Assembly: GCA_002269645.1 (NCBI GenBank)
Contig: NIVC01001776.1
Span: 337,990-401,989, forward strand
Direction of reading: 5' to 3'
DNA from: Macrostomum lignano
Lineage: Eukaryota
DNA length: 64,000 bases
The notes below the pieces were generated by a model. That model searched no databases. It was given only the letters and a program-made list of their open reading frames with translations, and had not been told where the DNA came from. The stretch's first letter is position 1. Every line of letters begins with the position of its first letter. Below, piece after piece: positions 46,924 through 57,264 of this stretch. The position numbers and the translations under genes were made by a program.

Positions 46924-49900
46924 ATGAAGGATTTTTACAAAATTTTGCTGTGGCTGCTGCTCTGCAACACGAAATTCACCGCCGGCAACTCAGACTGCTC
47001 CTCCACGCGCCAAGCCGGTGAGGCAAGCGAAATTGAAATGCATATCAACTCCAGCTAACAGGAAGACTGAAAGTAAGCAGTGTCTACTACATTTTCCAGT
47101 GACAGTGCAGCTGAGCAGGGCTGACGTTCTGCGCACCTGGCAACCCAGCGGTGCGAACTGCCGTTGGTGGGAGAGTCGGCAGTCAGAGACAAACCGATTC
47201 CCTGCTGCTGTGCGGTCCGGGCCTCGGTGGCTTGTGATGCAGCTGAGGCAGCCGATGATGCTGGAGGCGGTGAGCGTACGAGACTGGGGTGAGTGACGCT
47301 GACCGACTCATTCTCATGATGCATGATGAGGCAGAGGGAGTCTGGAACACACAGTGTGAGACAGTGTGAGACCAGCTAGCATCTAATTAGCTCTCTGAGA
47401 CAGTGTCAGACCAGCTAGCATCTAATTAGCACTCTGAGACAGTGTGAGACCAGCTAGCATCTAATTAGCACTCTGAGACAGTGTGAGACCAGCTAGCATC
47501 TAATTAGCACTCTGAGACAGTGGGAGACCAGCTAGCAGCCAAGCACTCTGAGACAGTGTGAGACCAGCTAGCAGCCAAGCACTCGTGTTGCAGATGGCCA
47601 GTGGCTCGCAGCAGCTCCGGTCGGCTCGCCCGAGTCAGCGGTCGGAGCCTCGAGCCTCCCGCTGGAGCTGCAGCTGGAGGATCCGTGCCGCGCCAGCTGG
47701 GAGGCCTTCGGCAGCAGCGACCGCTGGAGGCAGATTGGGGTGAACGGAGTAGATCAAGTAAGCTGCTTCATTTAAACTATCTTAGCCTAATAATGCAATT
47801 AATAAATCCATCCATTTTACACTTCAGCCCGTAGTTCGTTTCCTTGTGCTAAGTAGCTTGAGAACTGCTGGACTGAGCTGGAGGGCCGTCTCATTAACAG
47901 GTCTCTGAGAAATTTTGAAATTTTGAAGCAATCACTAAATCATAGCTTATTGTGAATTAAGTGCTTTAGAAGCAGGTGCATTTTTTCTTGTAGGGCGCTT
48001 TCTACCGCTGAGCCTCACGGTAACTGACAACCGTTTTTGCCCTCTGAGAGACCTGTCCGCCTTGCACGATGGAGTTGAAGCCTGCTTCTCTGTTTCAAGA
48101 TGTACCAGCGGATCGATTCGATGCTTCTTTAACCTAAGCAATGGCGCAACTCTGGAGCCGAGACTGGTCTGCTCAACTCTTCTTTATAGCGAGCTATCAA
48201 TACTTCTTCTTGCACTGACTTCATACAAAATTCGCTTTTTCAGCTACGAAGCCAAAAGCAGCAAGCTGAATACGAATTTCTGGCTGCACGGAGCACTGCT
48301 CATTTGTCTTCTGTCTGATCGCCCAGGGATTCGAATCGAGCAGACCATTGGAATCGTTGGTGAGAAAGAAGTGTCTGCCTGAGTTAAAAAATGTATTATA
48401 AGTCCGCTTTGAAGATTACAAAGCGAAACATGCACTTTTCAGTCACACCAAGTGTTGAACTGTCGTTATCAACCGTGTGGGTGATTGGTCGCAGAGCCAA
48501 GGTGCACTTTGTCTCAAGCCCGGCTTATCCTCCTCAGCAGCACAGGTGCCAAATTATCTCTGGCAGCAGCACCTGGGAACTGACTGAGTATTCTAGCAAG
48601 GTTAGTATAGTATTACATTACTGTTGAACTCGCTAATGCGTTGCTGATTCGTCTATAGTTTTCCATGATATATAATGTATTTAAACTTTCAGATGAGACA
48701 AGTTTACGTCAGGAACAGCATCAACATGTCGCTAACTGAAGTGAAGTCTGAATTTGTAGTCACAGTCACGTCAGCCATGCTGAATGGCACCGTGAGATGC
48801 AGTAGCAACCATAAAAGTACAAGTCAAGAAGTCAAGAAGGATATCGTTATTTCAAGCATCAGCGGTAAGTGCTTGCATTAGAGAATCTCCTATACGCCCG
48901 ATTGGAAGAGCCATAAAGATCTCCTCATTTCAGAGCCTTGCAGAACTGCCATTCGTGTAGACAACATCCAGTACTCGTATCAGGTTGTACAAGTGACGTC
49001 ACTGAGATGCAGCATTTGGAATGTTCAGCACAGCTGCTGGCTTGTCAAGCCCAAAGAAGATATCACACAGCGTCTAATTAAGCTATCTGTACGATTTTTG
49101 CTATTGTAATAATTCTTATTATTCAGAATTTACTGCAACAATATCTGATCTCTTCTATTGCAGCAAGACGGCTTCAGCAGCACTCACAGGTTGAATATTA
49201 TGAAACAAGAGCAGAAAACAGACTGGCTAGTGAGATGCAGCGTTAATCAGTCGGGAGTGACGTACCCGGATGTGGAAACTGAGTTAGCAAGCGATGATGA
49301 CAGTGAGTCAAGATTTAAAGGTTTTTTTACCACTTTAATCTACACTGCACGTTGCTGCGTTTATATTATTAACGAGCTTATACAGCTTGTATTCGTTAGT
49401 ATTCTGTTTATCGTCATTTGTGCGACTTTTGGTAGCACTTGGGTAGCGAGTAGGCCATCTAAACTGGCCAGTCCACTGACATCTTAAACAACTATCCTTA
49501 ATCGTAAAATTGTCAGGAATTGCATTGTGTAACTCTTGCGAGCCTAAGGGTTCGATGTGTAACTAACTCTGCCACTTACTAACCCCACTTTCTTCAGCTT
49601 TCTACTATCAGTGGGGACTGAGTTGCATAATTTTGCTGATTTTATCTGCCCTCGGCCTCATCCTGAGCTGCATGATTATTCGAAGAATTCGCCGCGCTAA
49701 ATCAGCAAAGCCAAACTCGACTTCAAGTAGAAGTTCGACATTCCCAGGACGACGTACCCTCCTCTCGAGTGCGGCCACCTCGCCGCAGGCACAGGTAGGG
49801 CTAGCCACAGATTTAGTTTGTACATTAGGGCACGCATGTAAGTGTCAAATACTGGTGTTTTGATGAAGAATAGCTTTAAACTAAAAGAAAATTCTAGCTA

Positions 49901-51126
49901 CCATGGGTTGTCTTGGCTATTCGCTCAAGCACTTTTGCTACTGGCTTTTGCCTGAAAGTGAAGCTCTTTCTTAGAATAGCCTGGACACAGATTGCCTGGT
50001 AAATAGCGCTGCTTATCTGATCAGAATTCAGGTGTGCACAGAAGCACAGTTCTAATTTGAACTTCTCTCAGCCTGAACCGCGATATACCTAAGTCCATGT
50101 GACTGTAAAATTCAGCAGTGAATTCCGATGCATCTAATACCAGCTTTTCAGAGCTAGATCCACTTTTGTTTCGTTAAAAGTTTAATTCCCATTCTAAATA
50201 GTAATACAGAAGAGATATTCTGTTGAGTTTGTGAAATGAATTGCGATCGCTTTCACTCAAGCGTGCTATGGCCTGTACGAGTATTCTATGAAGCCGTAGC
50301 CCATTGGTCAATCATGGATGAATAAAACCTTTGGTCTAGTGCGGCGCTCTGATGTTCCAACATTGGTCCAGGCTCGATTCCAAGTGCAGTCACTAATTTG
50401 GGGCTAAATTGGAATCTCGGCTTGGCTCTGCTCATGCAATTAATGACCCTGAGGGTCAATCCCCAAGGCACAGTGAAGTGTACATGTCTAACGATAGATA
50501 AAGTTAGGGCCGCTGTGCATTCCTGTGTGAGTGTGTGCCTGTGCGTTTGACTGCGTACGTATCCGTGCGTTTGTGTGCCTGCAGCTCAGGGGAGTCGGCG
50601 CAATGGGCAGCAATGCCTCTCGCCGGTTGTGTGACAATGTCGCCTAAAGTGCACCAGGGTGCACACAGGTCCCTGCCTGCAACTAGAACTACCCCTGTAT
50701 TCCATAGCCCCATGCAGAATCATGAGCAGGCTGAACTGCTAAAAAGACAACAAATGACTTGGTATGCTCAAAGTAATCTCTTAACATTCTCGTCTTTAAG
50801 GCCTACTAAAGTATCACCTTAAAATACTTCGAAAGAAACGACTCTGAATAACATTTATCAATTGTTTCCACCCTCAGCGACCGGCACCACAGCCCAATCA
50901 TCATCAGTTCAGTTCCTCGCAGTCAGTGAGCAGAGGCGGTCCACCACCTGCAGAAAGCAGCAGCCGCGGCAATGAAAACGAGCCAACCAGCAGTCAAGAG
51001 ACCGACCCAGTCTACGAAGAAGTGTCTTTGTGTGTCTACAGGCCGGTGCACCCGCTGCCGCGGTACCCACGGCAGTTCTCAGAAAAACATTGTCGACGCG
51101 CCCACGACTCCAGTCGGTTTGATTGA
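46924..51126 (+). CDS. Receptor D: 12-exon paralog with only 3 Ig-like domains; 11-nt deletion in exon 6 (possible pseudogene)
   Basis: Exons 46924-47017, 47100-47288, 47594-47757, 47828-47900, 47994-48166, 48244-48359 (116 nt vs 127 in E), 48443-48600, 48693-48864, 48934-49088, 49164-49302, 49598-49794, 50878-51126. Signal MKDFYKILLWLLLCNTKFTAG; TM WGLSCIILLILSALGLILSCMII; tail PVYEEVSLCVYRPV. Confidence 0.72.
47350..47575. repeat. 39-bp minisatellite in intron 2 of receptor D (~5-6 units)
   Basis: Same unit as in A and B. Confidence 0.95.
50291..50690 (+). mobile_element. tRNA-derived SINE, family 2
   Basis: GCCGTAGCCCATTGG...GGCTCGATTCC head; body homologous to the two minus-strand copies. 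Confidence 0.75.
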
Positions 51127-52475
51127 GACTCTTGAGCACATTCTGTAGGAACCATTGAATGGAATGCACTGCAAACGGAACTGTGTTCAGTAAATATTCT
51201 GATTCCAGATTTCAAATCAAACAAAGTACAGATCGCTTCATCGCTTTTGTTGTTAAATATTTTGTATTATTAATTTCCTCATAATCAAATGCGCACACCC
51301 AGTTTCCTGAGTTATAATTTTTTACGATATTATTTGAGACAAACTATAACAAACACAGCAAAATAAGAAATTAGAAAAAAGCTTGTGTATAATGTTCTTT
51401 GACGCAATTCTAAACTTAAAATAAAATTTTATGTGCAAAAAAGTATTCGAGATTCTTTTCGGTACAGTTATGACGCTTCAGGAGAGGAGATAGAAAAGAG
51501 AAGAGAGGAGAGAGAGTAGAGGAGAGAAGAGACGAGAGAAGGGAGCTGAGAAGAGACAAAAGCCTTGTGCGGACTGGATTGCTATTTAAAGTTTCAAAGG
51601 ACCCTGATTTCTGAATAGAGAGACTTCGCAGGCCACATGTGACCCGGGGGCTCTATAGAGTCATTAGGTAAAAAAATTATCCTCTGTAGCAAGTTTTTTA
51701 AATTCGAAACTGTATCACAGATTTTCAGTTCAAACTTATCACGGGGAGGCACTATATAAGCACCAACTGCACTTAAGAAACAAGGAGTGAACTTCCCTTT
51801 CTCCCACCACATGGCACTTTGGGCAGGTCTTATTCTAGTATGGGAGGGGATCTTTGGACTCGCAGTTCTCATTGTTTCGCAGACCAGTTTATGGTTTGTA
51901 ACAGCTAGGTTGCGCCAGAATTCTGGATTGTAAATTTCTAGAAAATATTGTACCTTTATGCAGTTGAGTAGTACCATTTGAAGCTTTAGTAAAAGTGACT
52001 TTGCAGAGTTCTCTACTCTTTAATTGTCTCCAGTGTCTCGTGAATTCCAGTTCAAAACCAGCTTTGTGCTTACTGATTGATTTCGCTACTCATCCATACG
52101 TTTTTTTTAAGTTTCGCATCATTTCGCTGTTTATTTCAGTTTTTAAGCCAACCTCACTGTTAGCGATTTGCTAGAGAGACCCGGTACTGAATAATTATCT
52201 CCTCAATATTTCATATTAAAGAGTCTGCCCAGCTCTGAACGGCCTCAGCTACTGTCAGTATTATGGCTAACTTGTCAAATTGCCTAGCAAGATCTGAAAT
52301 TCATCCATTTAGTTCAACTTCCGTCGGTCCAAGGGTCCCCACGTCGTCGAAGGCTAAGAGGAAATTATGACATAAAATTTTGATTCCGGAAATTTGAGAT
52401 GCCAGAAAACATCACACAGGCCCATAGAACATTAATATGATTGGTTTCATGTTCTGCAGCTATAGTGTTAGCCTA

Positions 52476-52790
52476 GGGGTGTAGCCTAGTGATTAGAGTT
52501 TCAGACTCACGACTGCAAGGTCGGGGGTTCGATTCCCGATTATACTAGAACAACTGGTGTTCTTGAAAAAGACACTTAACTCTATATTGCTTTAGTTCAC
52601 CCAGCTTTAAAATGGGTGCCAGCATTAGCTGGGTGATTAAGGGTGGGTGTGGCGACCCCCACCCAGTCCTTGGACTGAACAGCCGTACGCAGCCTTCAGA
52701 TGCGCAACGCAATAGCTGCGGCTGAGCTGTCGGTTGCACATCTGGCCATTCGGGCAGGTGTAATCAATATTATCATTATTAATTATTAAT
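52476..52790 (+). mobile_element. tRNA-derived SINE, family 1
   Basis: GGGGTGTAGCCTAGTGATTAGAG...GGTTCGATTCC head and AT-rich tail. Confidence 0.85.
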
Positions 52791-53954
52791 TACATACATA
52801 TAGTTGTACGTAGTATCAACTGTTATCTGAAGACTCGATCATAGCAACTGAAATTTTTCGAGTTTTTTCAACTCGGTTGTGCACTGCATTGCAGATAACA
52901 TCCATCTACTCGTATTCTAGTATCGTCTAAAGCTTTCAATATACCACAATAGAAAATGCGTATGTAATTTTCATCTTTTTGAACGTAAATTGGTTCAGAG
53001 ACAACCTCAAAGTCGTATAGTAGAATTTTTTTAAATTCAAGATGCCATCAAGCTTGATTGTACAGCAGCGTTAGGTTTAGGTAATTTAAGCGCTTAACTC
53101 GTTTCTGCGGAATCTGAACTTAGATTACTACATTATAGTGGTCCCTGAAGAACTTGGAAGACCGTATTCTCAAATAAAAACCTTCTCTGACGCACCTGCA
53201 ATTGGCTCCAATACTGTCGGACAGCGCAACGGCGATTTTAATCAAATTTAAGACCACAACAGAAATGTGGCGTCTCTCGTCAAAGCGTACAACCAGAGAT
53301 TCAGTTTCGTCTCTCCTGCCTCGATGCTGCTTCCGGATGAATGGTTGTTTAACACTCTGTGCCAATCTGTGTCACAAACAGAAGCATCTGTTAAAACAAG
53401 AAACACTGAACTTCGCTAGCTCCAGGTAAATTTAAGGCTCGAAAAACTTCTACAACTACAAAATATTAACAGCTGAAAAACATAATCCAACAAGCCAATT
53501 TGCTCAACAAGAAGCGAAAACGAATACCAGATGAATAACGATCTTGAATTCATTCTGCTGCTGTTGCTGAGCTCAAAACTTGCATGCAATGCTCTGGTCT
53601 GCACTGATGCAAGTCACAAGGGTCAGTCGAGTTACTCACTGCCTTTTGAGACTTTTCTTCATGCCTCATCCGAGTAAAACTAAGCGAATCTTTGGGGATG
53701 AATATTTCAGTGACAGTGCAGCTGAGCAGGGCTGACGTTCTGCGCACCTGGCAACCCAGCGGTGCGCACTGCTGTTGGTGGGAGAGTCGGCAGTCAGAGA
53801 CAAACCTCTGCTGCTGTGCGGTCCGGGCCTCGGTGGCTTGTGATGCAGCTGAGGCAGCCGATGATGCTGGAGGCGGTGAGCGTACGAGACTGGGGTGAGT
53901 GACGCTGACCGACTCATTCTCATGATGCATGATGAGGCAGAGGGAGTCTGGGAC

Positions 53955-54258
53955 ACAGAGTGTGAGACAATGTGAGACCAGCTAGCATCTAATTAGCACT
54001 CTGAGACAGTGTGAGACCAGCTAGCATCCAATTAGCACTCTGAGACAGTGTGAGACCAGCTAGCATTTAATTAGCACTCTGAGACAGTGTGAGACCAGCT
54101 AGCATCTAATTAGCACTCTGAGACAGTGTGAGACCAGCTAGCATCTAATTAGCACTCTGAGACAGTGTGAGACCAGCTAGCATCTAATTAGCACTCTGAG
54201 ACAGTGTGAGACCAGCTAGCATCTAATTAGCACTCTGAGACAGTGTGAGACCAGCTAG
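53955..54258. repeat. 39-bp minisatellite in intron 2 of receptor E (~8 units)
   Basis: Same unit as in A and B. Confidence 0.95.
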
Positions 54259-55821
54259 CAGCCAAGCACTCGTGTTGCAGATGGCCAGTGGCACACAGCA
54301 GCTCCGGTCGGCTCGCCCGTGTCAGCGGTCGGAGCCTCGAGCCTCCCGCTGGAGCTGCAGCTGGAGGATCCGTGCCGCGCCAGCTGGGAGGCCTTCGGCA
54401 GCAGCGACCGGTGGAGGCACCTCGGAAGAGCTTGCAATGAAGTAGCAACGTTTGCCTTGAACCTGTAGTGTACCTATGCATGATCGGATTATATATTGAA
54501 AGTAAAAAGCAAGTGCTTTTTTCTGCTCCAGAGCACAGTCCGGTACATACTGGTCAGGAGCTGGACGAATGTTCCGCTAAGTTGGAGTGCCATGAAACTG
54601 TCAGGTCTTTATTAAAATATTTACAGTCTGCCTACTTCTAACTGATGCGTTGATTTTTAAAACAATCGTGTGACAGGACGTGACGATTTTTTAGGTCCTG
54701 TTGCTCCACTGAACCTCACCGTGATGAACAGTTCCCAATGTCCGCTTAAAAACTTGCAACTCATGAAGGCTGGGGACTTGGCGTGCCTCACAGTTTCGAG
54801 CTGTCTTGACGGCTCGCTTGGCTGTCTATTGAAGTATAGCAACGGGTTAACTCATCAACTGAGACAGGTGCGTTCATCTTTTTAAATAGATTTCGAATTG
54901 TGTGGAGCTTTGCAAAATTTTCTTATAAAACTCTCCACCACGGCAGCTGACCAGCCAGGCACAGCCTGCCGTGTTCGAACTCAGAGCCACCTCGACAATG
55001 CACGATGCGACACTCAGCTGCTTTCTGACAGACCGACCTGCTGAGCGCATTGAGTAGACTATTGGGATTTTATGTGAGAGAATTTTAATGAGAATGGGTT
55101 TTCTGGAAGCTGATATTGCATTTACTTCATCATGCTTATGTTTCAGTTCGCCCTGCCCACCTGTCAGTATCGGTGTCACCCGTGTGGGTCAGCGGCAGCA
55201 GCGTCACTGTGAATGTCACATCAGCTCCGACTTACCCAGCACTGCATCACAGCTGCAGCATCAGTTCTGCCAGCTCTGAGTGGCGTCTGGATGAAATTCG
55301 CACAAATGTGAGATGAACTCATGACTTCTCTTTCTACAGGACACTCCTGTGAGATCAGGTGTGCCTGACAGTTCTACTCTACTGTTGCTCATTGTTGACC
55401 TTCAAACAACTTCCAGGTAAAAACGGCTGTCGCAAAAGATGACAAAAATCAGGCCTTTGTGGTCGTGGCGTCTCAGTTCAGATTCCAGGTCAGCGCCGCG
55501 ATGCTGAACGGCACGTTGGAATGCGAGGGCAGGTTTGGAGTCCCAGCGAGGGAACACGTTGCAGTGCAGACCAATGAGCGCTTTTTCATATCAGCAATAA
55601 GTGGTGAGCTTTTTCCGAAAATCGTTTCCATTGTTGAATCTGTAAATTCCATTGTTGAATTGCATTTTTGTTTGCAATTCAGCTTTCTAATTTCGAACCA
55701 TTTGATTCCCTGTCTGCCTACATAAGATTCGAACTCCAAATATTTTCAAACTGCTTTTTAATCCCTGAAGAACTGGGACAGTTGACAGATATTATTGGGT
55801 CAATCGTACATTCCAAATGTC

Positions 55822-56125
55822 CGGGTTTGTAGCCTAGTGTTTAGAGCATCGGAATCACAACTTGAAGAACGGGGGTTCAATTCTCGATCACACTGGAACA
55901 ATTTGTATCCTTGAGCAAGACACTTAACTCTGCATTACTTCAGTTCACCCAGCTGTAAAATGGGTGCCAGCATTAGCTGGGGTAATTGAGGGTGTGTGGC
56001 GACCCCCCAGTCCTTGGACTAAACAGCCGTACGCAGCCTTCAGACTCGCCGCGCAATAGCTGCGGCTGAGCTGTCGGTTGCACATCTGCCTGTTAGGGCA
56101 AGGTGTACTCAATTATTATTATTAC
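55822..56125 (+). mobile_element. tRNA-derived SINE family 1 in intron 8 of receptor E
   Basis: A/B-box head and (ATT)n tail; homologous to 52476-52790. Confidence 0.85.
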
Positions 56126-56843
56126 ATTCCAAGCAAAATGCTAATCGCTGCAGAGCCCTGCTTGACGGTCATCCACCTGATCAGTGTCCACCATCGATGG
56201 CTCAAAGTCAGAGTGACGTCACAGCAGTGCAGCGTATGGAATGTCAGCCACAACTGCTGGCTAACCGAAGTCGGTGGAGGTGCAACGGCCCGCAGTAGTA
56301 GGTAAAAAGACGCCTACAGACCCAGAGCACTTTTTAAATAGCAGTTTTAAGGGTCTAGAGGGGGGACACGGGGGGTAAATAAAAAAACACATCTAAACAC
56401 CCTTAACACATCTAATCACCCATAAACACATCTAATCACCCTTAATACCAAAAAGCAATATAACCCACCCCCAACACCCCCAACACTCCCCCTCGTGTCC
56501 CCCCTCTGGAACCTTATAAACGGCCATTAAAAAAGGTCTGATCTGTAAGCGTCGTTTTACCTACTACTACACAACCCAACACTCCCCAACACTTCTAACA
56601 CTTCCAAATCTCTATAACCCCTCGCACGCGCCGCAGGCGCGAAGGGTCTTTTTCTGTAGTATGAAACTTCATACTAGCCCATTCATGAAGAGGAGGCATA
56701 ATACCATATATGGCAGCGAGAGTTTCATTCATAAGTTATAAATCGTCTCTTTTTCTTATACCACCCACTGTTCTATTATTCTACCCCAACCTATTGTGCT
56801 TCCACTTCGTCTCTTTTTTCTGTTACTAAAAATAGAACAAAAA

Positions 56844-57254
56844 ATGACACACGTTACACATATGCAAAATCTGAACGAATTGCAGGTAGGAGACCCAATT
56901 GAATACCGAGGTGAGGGGCTTTTTGATGTGGTTGGTACAGCAGCGAATTTCGTTAAAGACAATATGGGTCTTATAGGCCAAGCAGGCTCTGCAGCAGGTT
57001 CTATAACAAACGCTGTAAAGGGCGGAATCGAAGCAGCGAGGGCAGTAGAAGAACTAAAGAAATTGAGAGAATTTAACGACACCCTCTCACAAATAAAAGC
57101 AATAAAAGATTTGAAACTAGCGCAGGAAACAACTCAAGCCGCACAACCAACAGAAACCCCCACGAAAAGCGCGCCAATAAGTAATAAAGATATTCAGGAT
57201 TTTAATAAAATGTTAACCACAATTAAAGGCGGAAAAGGATTAAAGAAATTTTAA
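56844..57254 (+). CDS. Polinton small protein with a GEG-led amphipathic segment (putative virion core/membrane-active protein)
   Basis: GEGLFDVVGTAANFVKDNMGLIG... The start is taken at the first ATG within the longer tracked ORF. Confidence 0.6.
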   Translation: MTHVTHMQNLNELQVGDPIEYRGEGLFDVVGTAANFVKDNMGLIGQAGSAAGSITNAVKGGIEAARAVEELKKLREFNDTLSQIKAIKDLKLAQETTQAAQPTETPTKSAPISNKDIQDFNKMLTTIKGGKGLKKF

Positions 57255-57264
57255 CAATATAAAA

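Larger units (their letters stand above)
53531..56293 (+). pseudogene. Receptor E pseudogene, exons 1-9, truncated in exon 9 by the Polinton insertion
   Basis: Exons 53531-53621, 53711-53894 (5-nt deletion), 54281-54441, 54532-54604, 54695-54867, 54947-55073 (TAG at 55055 where D has CAG), 55147-55307, 55417-55603, 56154-56293. Confidence 0.8.
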
